A stretch of 49,251 nucleotides of DNA from IMG/VR virus record IMGVR_UViG_3300010219_000069, positions 1 through 49,251 of that record; one strand, given 5' to 3'. This DNA comes from a virus. Lineage: Duplodnaviria; Caudoviricetes. The notes under the pieces were generated by a model. The model worked only from the letters and a program-made list of their open reading frames with translations, searched no databases and had not been told where the DNA came from. How positions within the stretch are numbered: position 1 is the first letter of the stretch; each line of letters starts with the position of its first letter. Both the position numbers and the translations under genes were made by a program. Below are positions 8,085 through 16,372 of the stretch, one piece after another.

Positions 8085-9526
8085 TAGAACCCCTCCACGA
8101 GCAACGTCGTTCCAGCAGCAAACGCGCTGCTGCCTGTTAAGAGCAGTCGGATTTTTTGCAGGCGCCCAAGGGCAGAACCATACCATCCCGCTCCCCAGAA
8201 CTGGCTCATGCCAGTGCCACCAAGGAAGAAGTTCGTCGAATACGCGCGCAGCGTCACGGACTTTGTGGCGGACCCAATATCAAAGACGGCCTCAAAGTTG
8301 GTATCGATACCGTCGAATTCATTCTCCAAAGCCAGCACAAAAAACGTGTCCGCCTGCTGACCGAAACCTGACATGGTAGTACCATTTCTTAGCGTTTGGG
8401 CCCGCGAATAACTACCGGCCGCGCTCTGAAACGTCGTTCCGTCCAAGCTGATCCGAGCACATAAGGCTGTCTGAGCCCCTGACCCAGCTGTGGTTGGGTC
8501 CATGACACCAGTGATCTTGACGAACCGATTGACCTGCGCAGGGACCGTGATGTCAATGGCGCTAACAGGCGTCGAGATCTGAATGGATTGAATTGGCTTC
8601 CAGAGTAGCCCGAGCGTACCCCGTACAGTGGCGGCATCTTGGTCATCGAGGAAGGTCTCCGCGAACGCTGAGATTCCGAGATCTGTCTTGAGTTGCGCCT
8701 GGGTGATATCAACTGGATCACCGGTACCTGTCCCAGGCCGTCGCCCTTTGTACGTCCCCGCCGCCATATCCGCGAGCAGCGTGTTGTCGACGCTGTTGGC
8801 GCTGACTGCAGGGCCGGCGGGGCCGCGCTCGTCTGTCGCCTGCGATATGTCCGTCGTGTAGCCGGTCGGCCCCACATAGGTATTCGCCGGGACCGCAGGC
8901 TTGGTTCCAGTCCCGCCGACATAGTCAACGAGCTGCTTCACGCGGCGCACGCCGTCGGCGACGATCGCGTACACAGGCGACCAGCCCTTGTCGCCCTGAG
9001 GGCCCGGCACGGTGCTGTCGGCGCCCGTTGCCCCGCGGATATCTGTCGCCGCGGCGATGTCCGACACAATGCCGGTCGGGCCGAGATAGCCGCCTGTCGC
9101 CGGTTTCGTGCCGAACCCGCCAACCCAATCGACGATCTGCAGAACCCGCCGCTCACCGTCTGGGACCGGCACCGGGACTGGCGCCCAGCCGTTCGGTCCC
9201 GTCGCGGGCATGTCGCGAACGCGCGTCAGATATTCCGACACCCGGATGGCATAGAAGCGCGGGTCGATGTGATTGGCCCAGCGAACCATGAAGTACGGTA
9301 CATTTGGCAAGTTCGGCCCGGCCCAGGGCTTGGCAAGCCTCACCTGATTGACGGCCAGAACCTCCTTGATCACCGCCATGCCGGCCGTGCCGTCCTGCGG
9401 GAACACGAAGTCGAAGGGCAGCACGGCCGGATCCCAGGCGACCAGATCGCCAGTGGCGATATCCGAGCCGTTGGTCAGCGTGATCGTGCCGTCGCTGTAG
9501 AAGAAATACGAGGGGTCGAGAGCCAT
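8084..9526 (-). CDS. Tail fibre / receptor-binding protein
   Basis: N-terminal YSDGTITLTNGS anchor, duplicated DG(E/V)RRV..GTKPA module, collagen-like GPQGDKG, AETFLDDQDAATVRGTLGL motif. Confidence 0.8.
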   Translation of the reverse strand: MALDPSYFFYSDGTITLTNGSDIATGDLVAWDPAVLPFDFVFPQDGTAGMAVIKEVLAVNQVRLAKPWAGPNLPNVPYFMVRWANHIDPRFYAIRVSEYLTRVRDMPATGPNGWAPVPVPVPDGERRVLQIVDWVGGFGTKPATGGYLGPTGIVSDIAAATDIRGATGADSTVPGPQGDKGWSPVYAIVADGVRRVKQLVDYVGGTGTKPAVPANTYVGPTGYTTDISQATDERGPAGPAVSANSVDNTLLADMAAGTYKGRRPGTGTGDPVDITQAQLKTDLGISAFAETFLDDQDAATVRGTLGLLWKPIQSIQISTPVSAIDITVPAQVNRFVKITGVMDPTTAGSGAQTALCARISLDGTTFQSAAGSYSRAQTLRNGTTMSGFGQQADTFFVLALENEFDGIDTNFEAVFDIGSATKSVTLRAYSTNFFLGGTGMSQFWGAGWYGSALGRLQKIRLLLTGSSAFAAGTTLLVEGF

Positions 9527-9586
9527 GAAACATCTCCCGGCCAAGAGGACTTGGCCGATGGTGGCGGACTTGGATTGTGAGTGAGA

Positions 9587-9934
9587 TCAGCGGGTCAGGC
9601 TGATGCCGTTGTCGGCAAGGATCTGGCGGATCTTCTGAGGGGTAAGCGCCTTGCGGACCTTCTGCTTCAAGGCGATGCGGGTGTCTTCCGTTTCCTCGTC
9701 GGCTTCGGCGAGAGCAAGGATCTGCCGGGCAATCTCATCCGCCTTGATATGCTTGCGCTGGGCCTCCCGGCTGAGCATGGCGGAATGCTCCCCGGCCAGG
9801 TGGCGCCGAGCCTCAAAGACCTTGCGGGTATAGAGCGCCATGCGCTGCCGCACCGGCTCGAAGTGCCGGTCGATGGCCTGCTCTGCCATGGCGCGGAGCT
9901 CATCCTCGGAAGGGCCGATCTCGAGACGCGCCAT
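9587..9934 (-). CDS. Tail-region hypothetical protein
   Basis: Coupled ORF in the tail operon. Confidence 0.65.
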   Translation of the reverse strand: MARLEIGPSEDELRAMAEQAIDRHFEPVRQRMALYTRKVFEARRHLAGEHSAMLSREAQRKHIKADEIARQILALAEADEETEDTRIALKQKVRKALTPQKIRQILADNGISLTR

Positions 9935-9935
9935 T

Positions 9936-10352
9936 TCAATTCTCCACTGTCGCCACTTCCAGGTGGATCGTGACAGGCTGATAGGGGAACGGATCGAAGC
10001 TGACCGTGTAGATGCCCGCCATGCGTAGGACGAGTTCCAGTTCCTCGCCGTCGGCTTCGACCGTCTGGCCTCCTTCAGGACCGGTCACGTCCACTTTGAC
10101 GCCGGCGGGGATGCCGCCAATGACCGTCACCTTGTCGCTGCCTTCCTGCTTCTCGCTCACGGTATAATCGAGCAGCGGCCGGACGGTCGGCACGCCTTCC
10201 GGGAAATACCAGAACTCAGGCCCGAAGGGCGGGATGTCCCAGGCGTGGCCGTCCTGATCCTTCCGGATCCGCTCAAGTGTCTCCGGGTCGGCTGGATAGC
10301 GATGATCAAGATGGCCGAGATAGCGGCCTTCGTTGTCCGTGTAGAGGATCAT
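9936..10352 (-). CDS. Tail-region hypothetical protein
   Basis: Coupled ORF; C-terminal beta-rich GIYTVSFDPFPY. Confidence 0.65.
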   Translation of the reverse strand: MILYTDNEGRYLGHLDHRYPADPETLERIRKDQDGHAWDIPPFGPEFWYFPEGVPTVRPLLDYTVSEKQEGSDKVTVIGGIPAGVKVDVTGPEGGQTVEADGEELELVLRMAGIYTVSFDPFPYQPVTIHLEVATVEN

Positions 10353-10865
10353 TCAGAACTCCAGAGCAGCCCACCGCACGCGGATGGGGTTGTACGAGTA
10401 GTTCACCAGAGAAATCGTGCTGGAATTCCATCGGATTCCCCATCCGCAGCTTTGCGTATCACCAGCGCTGTCGTCGCCCGAATAGAGCCACGGCGTGACC
10501 CATTGGTTTCTGAGGGCTTCCAGATTGAATACATTCCCTCCAGGGGATCCATCGCCGATATCGGGGTTTTGCTCGCTGTACCACCACATGCCCTCGTAAC
10601 TGCCGGGATTAACGACATCGAGAGGAAGGGCCACGCCAATGCAAAGTGATGGGCTTGCGCCATGGGCGAGAGCAAGCACCGTTGGATCATGCGGAGACGG
10701 TGCCTTGTTGACGGTAGCCAGCCCCGTTGCCGCAATGCGTGTCGGGATGTTGTCGGCGTCGAAGACCAGGTTATCCAGGTCAGCCGTCGTGGCATCGAAA
10801 CCGGGCTGAGACACGCGAAAGCGAAAGGTGCTTCCATCCCGCCCGAGGATGATACGTCGCGCCAT
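10353..10865 (-). CDS. Minor tail protein, paralogue 3
   Basis: MARRIILG...SQPGFDATT N-terminus shared with the two upstream genes. Confidence 0.7.
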   Translation of the reverse strand: MARRIILGRDGSTFRFRVSQPGFDATTADLDNLVFDADNIPTRIAATGLATVNKAPSPHDPTVLALAHGASPSLCIGVALPLDVVNPGSYEGMWWYSEQNPDIGDGSPGGNVFNLEALRNQWVTPWLYSGDDSAGDTQSCGWGIRWNSSTISLVNYSYNPIRVRWAALEF

Positions 10866-10869
10866 GCCT

Positions 10870-11250
10870 TCAGTTCTCCGTTTTCATTACGGCGAACCAT
10901 CGGGCCGTGGTACCGGCCGCTGGATAATTATTGTTGTAGGAGTCATAGATTGCTCTGACATAGAAACCCGATGCGTCCGCATCGGTGCTGACCGCCGTCT
11001 GTGTCGGATAATTTGTGAGAGGGCCGCAGAAGACCAGCGGAACAGACGGATAGGTGGTTGAGAATGCCACCCGTTGCGCGCTGCCGCCGCTCGGCACGAC
11101 GACCGTGCCCGACTCCAGCACCATGCCGGCACGGCTCGCCATGCTGAAGGCAAGCTGCGCCTCCGTCGCGGTCAAGGCGTCGAAGCCGGCCTTCGAGATC
11201 CAGAGTCCGAAGGCAGATCCGCGCTGCCCCAGCACCATTCGCCGCGCCAT
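10870..11250 (-). CDS. Minor tail protein, paralogue 2
   Basis: MARRMVLG...SKAGFDALT. Confidence 0.7.
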   Translation of the reverse strand: MARRMVLGQRGSAFGLWISKAGFDALTATEAQLAFSMASRAGMVLESGTVVVPSGGSAQRVAFSTTYPSVPLVFCGPLTNYPTQTAVSTDADASGFYVRAIYDSYNNNYPAAGTTARWFAVMKTEN

Positions 11251-11252
11251 GC

Positions 11253-11684
11253 TCAGTCCTGCGACAATGTATAGAACAGGAACCTATCACCCGCAGGCAA
11301 TGTGAAGTCGGCCCAAAATATTACCTGGATCGCTCGAACTCGATTTGGCTGAACGACGAGGCAATAAGGTGTCCCGAACCAAACGCCATTACCGCCCCCC
11401 TTCACTGGCAGATACTCATAATTATTAAAGATGACACGCCCGCCGCGCTTGAGGGCATAGAGCGTGGGCGGCGGATAATCGAAGGTCTGCCCGAAGCTCA
11501 CCCACGTGTCCAGGCTCGAACAGATCCCGGCCGCACCGACCTTTGCCTTGGCCGTGGCCTGCGCCGAGAACGAGATCACGCGCGGATTATTGATGTCGCC
11601 GGTCAGGGCATCGAAGCCCGCCCTGGACATTCGGACATCATAGGAACCATCGTTCATTCGCCCCATGACGACACGTCGCGCCAT
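11253..11684 (-). CDS. Minor tail protein, paralogue 1
   Basis: MARRVVMG...SRAGFDALT. Confidence 0.7.
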   Translation of the reverse strand: MARRVVMGRMNDGSYDVRMSRAGFDALTGDINNPRVISFSAQATAKAKVGAAGICSSLDTWVSFGQTFDYPPPTLYALKRGGRVIFNNYEYLPVKGGGNGVWFGTPYCLVVQPNRVRAIQVIFWADFTLPAGDRFLFYTLSQD

Positions 11685-11687
11685 GGC

Positions 11688-14600
11688 TCAGCCCCAGATC
11701 TCGATGCGGCGGTTCGGTCCGTCGAGACGGAAGCCGCCTGCCGTGGTCACATCTCTTGACGAAGACACCGTGCCGATATTGGCGCTGATGGCGGAAAGGG
11801 CCTCGACATTGATCTGGGTCGCATTGATGGAGCCGTCTGCGATGAAGTCGCCGCGCATGGTCACACGCGCTACACCGTTGCGGGTACTGACGGCAAACAC
11901 GGCCTCTTCTCCAAAGCCTGCGCCGGGAGCGCCGATGAGAAAGTCATCGACGGCAATCTTCAACTCGCTCTGGAAGCCGCCTGGACCAATCGCCCCGACG
12001 AGTTGCAGGCCTGCGAAGTAGCCGCCGCTGTCGATCACGACATTCCAGGCGCCGATAAGCTGGCCCGTCACATTGGCGACCGCCGTGAAACGCTCCCCGA
12101 CCGTGATCCCGTTGCCGTCGAACTCGGCCACCACATCGGTGCCGAAGATCGCAAGCGCCTTGTCCGCGGTGACTTGGACTTCGGCAACCTGTTTGATGGC
12201 GGCCCTGCCGAGATCCGTGGCCTCTTCGGCCACAAGCCTACCCTCCCCGGCCAAGTCCGCGATCTGATCGAGGATGTCGAGGCTGTCGAGCTTCCGGGCC
12301 AGATCCGGAATGAAGTCATCCGCCTGGACCTTCATGATCAGGAAGTCATTGCTCAGCACCAGCGTGGGGGCATTCACAATCACCACACTGAAGGCCCCGG
12401 TCACGTTGGCGGACGTGATGCCCGCCACACGCAGCCAGACGGTCTTGGCGCTCGCGACGATGGCCTCGAAAGTCGTCCTGTCGCCTTCATAGGCTCTCAC
12501 CCAGGTCGCGCCGCCGTCATAGGACACATCCGCGATATAGCTCACGGCGCCCTTGGCCGGCTGCCAGCCGGCCTGCAGGATCAGGTTCGTTCCTCGCTGG
12601 TAGACCGTGGCGGCCAGCGTCGTCACCACCGGGATCGAGGACGAGAACACGTCCGGGATGTCCGGCAGCGGCTCGAAGCCGGTTTCGGTCACATCGTAGA
12701 CCGCCGGATCGTCCACGACGCCACTCAGGGCGATGTGTTCGCCGTCGGTATCGGGCGTGCCCTCGGTGATCAGCACCCGGAAGGTGCGCGGCTGTCCCGG
12801 CGAGAAGGCGGCTGTCGGCAGATCGGCCAGGTCGGACCGCGCCACCGCATCGGCCAGGTTCATGCCCTGTCGCGTGGCCTCGGCCGCCATGTCGCCAGCA
12901 TTGACGATGGCGATACGGTCCGACGCGCCGCGGGTGACGCGCACCGGGCCCCAGGGCTGCCCGTCCCGGCGCCGGACCTCCACGTAATGATTGGCCGCCG
13001 TCTCGTCCCAGTCGAGGTCGTGATCGAAGGTGATCTGGCGCGTGGCGTCATCATAGGCGACGACCTCGGCCGACTGCCCCCAGGTTTCCGGCTCCTCGCA
13101 GGACAGGACGACAAGATCGCCGCGCTTGAGAAGACGGCCTTCCGCCCGCGCCGTCCATGAGACGGTGGCACGTCGCAGGGCATTCTCGCCCGCCATGAAC
13201 CGTACCAGCCCCACAGCCTGCGCGCGCTTGGACACACCTGGGAGCTGCACGCGGGCCGGTTTTGCCAGCGTCGTTCCGGTCGGAGCCGAGGACACCTCGG
13301 CCAGCCTGAACGTGGTCTCATCAATGTATTCGCCCACGATGCCGTCGGCGATATCGTCGTCCGCCAGCGTGTAGTCGATGGTGAGCGAGTCCTTCACGAT
13401 GTCATAGTCCGTGAACATCATGCGCGGAATGCCGCGGGGCTCGTCACGCACGATGGTCAGACGGTCGCCCACCGGCGCCGGCATGGCCCGGCCCGCCTTC
13501 AGGATCGTCTCAAGCGCGTCATCCAGCGTCTGCGGTTCCTTGAAGGTGTGGTCGAAGGTATGGCCCAGCGATGCCCAGAGCTGATCATAGGCAACGAAGC
13601 TCTGGAAATCGACCTGATCGAGCGGCAGGCCTGCGCCGTAATCGGCATTGCGCCACATGTCGAGGGCCGCCCAGGCGATCGAGCGGGAGGCCTGCTCCAC
13701 GAAGGCAGAGCCGTTCCAGACCGGGATCTTGCGGGTCGCGACCACGCCGACCTGGCCGTTCATGATGCCCTGCAGGGCTTCGCTGGCCTTGGCGCGGATC
13801 GCGATCGTGGTGACGCGCGGGAAGGAGTTCGGACCGTCGATCTGCGCGCGCAGGGCGGACCAGACGATCTGATCGCTCCCGCCCAGACGCGGATCCTGCG
13901 GCTGGTCGTTGATCGGGGTCGTCGTCCGCCGCGCCCGCACCTCGAAACGCCCGTTCGGGATGTCGATGCGCTCGGTGATGCGGATCTGCGACTGCTTGGC
14001 GTAGGTGTAGTTCTTGGACCAAGCGGTAGACCATGGCCCGGTCGGAGCGCCGGCGGCGTTGACAGGACGGGTCTGGACCTCCACGCCCACCGTCACCGCC
14101 CTGACCTCTCCCTTCCATGACCAGAAGCAGCCGGACGGGAAGATGAAGTCGACCAGAAGGGACAGGGCCTCCGTGCCGGCGGCATTCGCGGTAAAGCCGG
14201 AGGTGAAGTTGGTGGTCAGCTCGATGCCGGAGACCTCGGAGGCCGTGACCACGTTGACCGGAAACAGCGTGACCTTCTCACCAGGGTCGCAGATCTGGAT
14301 CCTGATGCCAGGGAACGACGGATTGTAGCCGCCGCTCTTGGTCCAGATCCGGGTGTCCGCGATGCGCAGCTCCTCGACATCCGCCTTCCCGCATGTCAGG
14401 CACAGGAGGGCGTATTCGGTCATGTTGTCGCCGTCGTACTCGCTGTATTTCGGAGCGACGAAGTCGGGGAAGGACAGCGTACGGCCATAGAGGACCGGGA
14501 TCGGCTGGAGTGGGCGGGCCTGGTTGCCGCCGAAGCCGAAGGAGTAGAGCTCGTCCTTCTCGGCGGTCTGGCCGCCTGCCTTGGGCTTGAGGAAATGGCT

Positions 14601-15035
14601 GATCGCCATCGCGCCGCCGGCGATGAGCAGCGAGGAGCCGATCGAGGCGGCCGTGCCGGTCAGGCCGATCGCGCCCATGGCCCACGGCGCGAGCGCGGTG
14701 AGGGCCACCATGGCGACGATGGCGCCGATGCTCTTGGCCGTAGAGCCGCCGTTGCCGCCCATGCCGCCGAGGGGGCGGGAGAGGAACACCACATTGTCGT
14801 TGGCCGCCAGCCGATGGGTCGCCCATTCGGTGCGGGAGTAATAGACCCCATTGACCTTGCAGACCGTCGGCAGGTCGAACCGCCAGCCGGTCTCCGCGAG
14901 GACCTGCTCGATGGTCGGCCTGCGCTTCCTCGTCTTGTGCTCGGCAATGGGGAGCACGAGCCCGCTCTCAGGCAGGCGAACGTCGTCGCGCTCCGGGTCG
15001 AAGACCAGGAGGTTATGCTTGATGGCGAGTTTCAT
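11688..15035 (-). CDS. Tail tip / host-specificity protein (TipJ-like, with fused gpI-like N-terminus)
   Basis: 1115 aa; NQARPLQPIPVLYG motif, FN3-like region, C-terminal DUF1983-like FIADGSINATQI; follows NlpC/P60. Confidence 0.85.
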   Translation of the reverse strand: MKLAIKHNLLVFDPERDDVRLPESGLVLPIAEHKTRKRRPTIEQVLAETGWRFDLPTVCKVNGVYYSRTEWATHRLAANDNVVFLSRPLGGMGGNGGSTAKSIGAIVAMVALTALAPWAMGAIGLTGTAASIGSSLLIAGGAMAISHFLKPKAGGQTAEKDELYSFGFGGNQARPLQPIPVLYGRTLSFPDFVAPKYSEYDGDNMTEYALLCLTCGKADVEELRIADTRIWTKSGGYNPSFPGIRIQICDPGEKVTLFPVNVVTASEVSGIELTTNFTSGFTANAAGTEALSLLVDFIFPSGCFWSWKGEVRAVTVGVEVQTRPVNAAGAPTGPWSTAWSKNYTYAKQSQIRITERIDIPNGRFEVRARRTTTPINDQPQDPRLGGSDQIVWSALRAQIDGPNSFPRVTTIAIRAKASEALQGIMNGQVGVVATRKIPVWNGSAFVEQASRSIAWAALDMWRNADYGAGLPLDQVDFQSFVAYDQLWASLGHTFDHTFKEPQTLDDALETILKAGRAMPAPVGDRLTIVRDEPRGIPRMMFTDYDIVKDSLTIDYTLADDDIADGIVGEYIDETTFRLAEVSSAPTGTTLAKPARVQLPGVSKRAQAVGLVRFMAGENALRRATVSWTARAEGRLLKRGDLVVLSCEEPETWGQSAEVVAYDDATRQITFDHDLDWDETAANHYVEVRRRDGQPWGPVRVTRGASDRIAIVNAGDMAAEATRQGMNLADAVARSDLADLPTAAFSPGQPRTFRVLITEGTPDTDGEHIALSGVVDDPAVYDVTETGFEPLPDIPDVFSSSIPVVTTLAATVYQRGTNLILQAGWQPAKGAVSYIADVSYDGGATWVRAYEGDRTTFEAIVASAKTVWLRVAGITSANVTGAFSVVIVNAPTLVLSNDFLIMKVQADDFIPDLARKLDSLDILDQIADLAGEGRLVAEEATDLGRAAIKQVAEVQVTADKALAIFGTDVVAEFDGNGITVGERFTAVANVTGQLIGAWNVVIDSGGYFAGLQLVGAIGPGGFQSELKIAVDDFLIGAPGAGFGEEAVFAVSTRNGVARVTMRGDFIADGSINATQINVEALSAISANIGTVSSSRDVTTAGGFRLDGPNRRIEIWG

Positions 15036-15038
15036 GGA

Positions 15039-15461
15039 TCAGGATTTGCGGCGGAAGAACCGAAGGAAGTTGAAGCCGGACGCGCGAAGAGCGGGGATGT
15101 CGTCCACGACCACGCCAGCGACCTTGTCGATGTGAATCACCGCGGGGGCCGTCGCGGGAATGATGTAGGTGCCGAGATGAAAGTCGCGCTTGGCGACGTT
15201 CCCCATCAGCACGAGGTCGAGTTCACGTGCCTCAGCTTCCGTCACCTCGTCCCACGCCTGCCGCTCGGGATGCGAGAGCATGGCTTCTGCCTGGGCCCGG
15301 GTCGTCGGCTCGGCAAAGGCCACATCCGGCATCTGAACCCCGGCAAGCTCCATCTGGATATGACGGGCGAGTCCGTAACAATCATAGGCGTCAGGACCGC
15401 GCGCCCCGATCTTGTAGGGCTTACGGATGAGGCTTTCGAGGAAGGCGAGACGATCCATCAC
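15039..15461 (-). CDS. NlpC/P60 tail-assembly protein (gpK-like)
   Basis: PYKIGARGPDAYDCYGL...FHLGTY...IH catalytic motifs. Confidence 0.88.
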   Translation of the reverse strand: MMDRLAFLESLIRKPYKIGARGPDAYDCYGLARHIQMELAGVQMPDVAFAEPTTRAQAEAMLSHPERQAWDEVTEAEARELDLVLMGNVAKRDFHLGTYIIPATAPAVIHIDKVAGVVVDDIPALRASGFNFLRFFRRKS

Positions 15462-15994
15462 GACACCGCCAGCAGGCTCGGGAACCTCTGCATGTCATAG
15501 ACCTCGCGCATCACGCGCATGTTCTGCGGACGGGCGATGGCGAGCTGCCCTTCAAGCTGCCGGCTGGTCCGCTTCACGTTGCGCAGGATCAGCTTGTAAG
15601 GCCCCTGCCCGACCGTGTTCGGATCGCTCGCCAGATAGCCGCGGAAGATCGCCTGAATGGGCGTGTTCAGTTTCACGGCCTCGCTGAGATACCGGGAGGC
15701 CTCCCGGTTCACGTTGTCGAGCCGGATGGTCGCCTCGGCGCCGAGCTGCCCGATGCGAGGATAGTCGATCTCGAAGGGAATGGCCTTGAACGGGACGATC
15801 GTGCCGCCGCCCACCGGGGCGCCGTCCTCGAGGCGGAAGTTCATATCGACGGTGTTGCGGACGGCGCGAATGGGTGCCGGCTGCCCGCCCTCGACAAAGA
15901 CCGGATGGATGAGCTCGATCGTGATGAGCATGACCTCATCCTTGGGCGCTGAGGCGGCGGCCTCTGCCCAGGCTTGCGTTGCGGAGATCGGCAT
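15458..15994 (-). CDS. DUF1833-like minor tail protein
   Basis: TIELIHP...IPFEIDYP...IRLDNV...RGYLASD...RFPSL pattern and position. Confidence 0.78.
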   Translation of the reverse strand: MPISATQAWAEAAASAPKDEVMLITIELIHPVFVEGGQPAPIRAVRNTVDMNFRLEDGAPVGGGTIVPFKAIPFEIDYPRIGQLGAEATIRLDNVNREASRYLSEAVKLNTPIQAIFRGYLASDPNTVGQGPYKLILRNVKRTSRQLEGQLAIARPQNMRVMREVYDMQRFPSLLAVS

Positions 15995-16372
15995 TTAGAG
16001 ACCCTGGACCTTCAGAACCATGGTGACGAGCGTGCGTCCGACACCGGCCTCGCTCTCGCTGATGCCTGCGAGGCCATCGTCGATCTGCACCGTGCGCTCG
16101 ACATAGGTCTGAGTTGGCGCGTTCCACACCGGCATGGTGAATTCCGCCGTTCCGGCGCCGAGGTCGTTCATGACAAAGGCACGGAAGATGCCAAGTTGCT
16201 CGGCGGTGAAGTCCCGAGACCAGTTCATGGTCGTGATGTTCACCGTGAACTGCCGACGCATCCGGATCTTGCCCGATTGCATCTCGGACTTGAGCGGAGC
16301 GGAACCCATCTGCGGGATCTGGTATCCATCCCGCAGGGATTGGTAGGGGAGTCCGGCTGGCCATGTCGGCAT
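15995..16372 (-). CDS. Distal/minor tail protein
   Basis: MPTWPAGLP...SEMQSGKIRMRRQFT; directly after the tape measure gene. Confidence 0.7.
   Translation of the reverse strand: MPTWPAGLPYQSLRDGYQIPQMGSAPLKSEMQSGKIRMRRQFTVNITTMNWSRDFTAEQLGIFRAFVMNDLGAGTAEFTMPVWNAPTQTYVERTVQIDDGLAGISESEAGVGRTLVTMVLKVQGL

Noticed and set aside
7776-11684. Diversity-generating retroelement or invertible tail-fibre shufflon
   Set aside because: No reverse transcriptase or invertase, and no TR/VR pair or inverted crossover sites seen; the paralogues are too diverged
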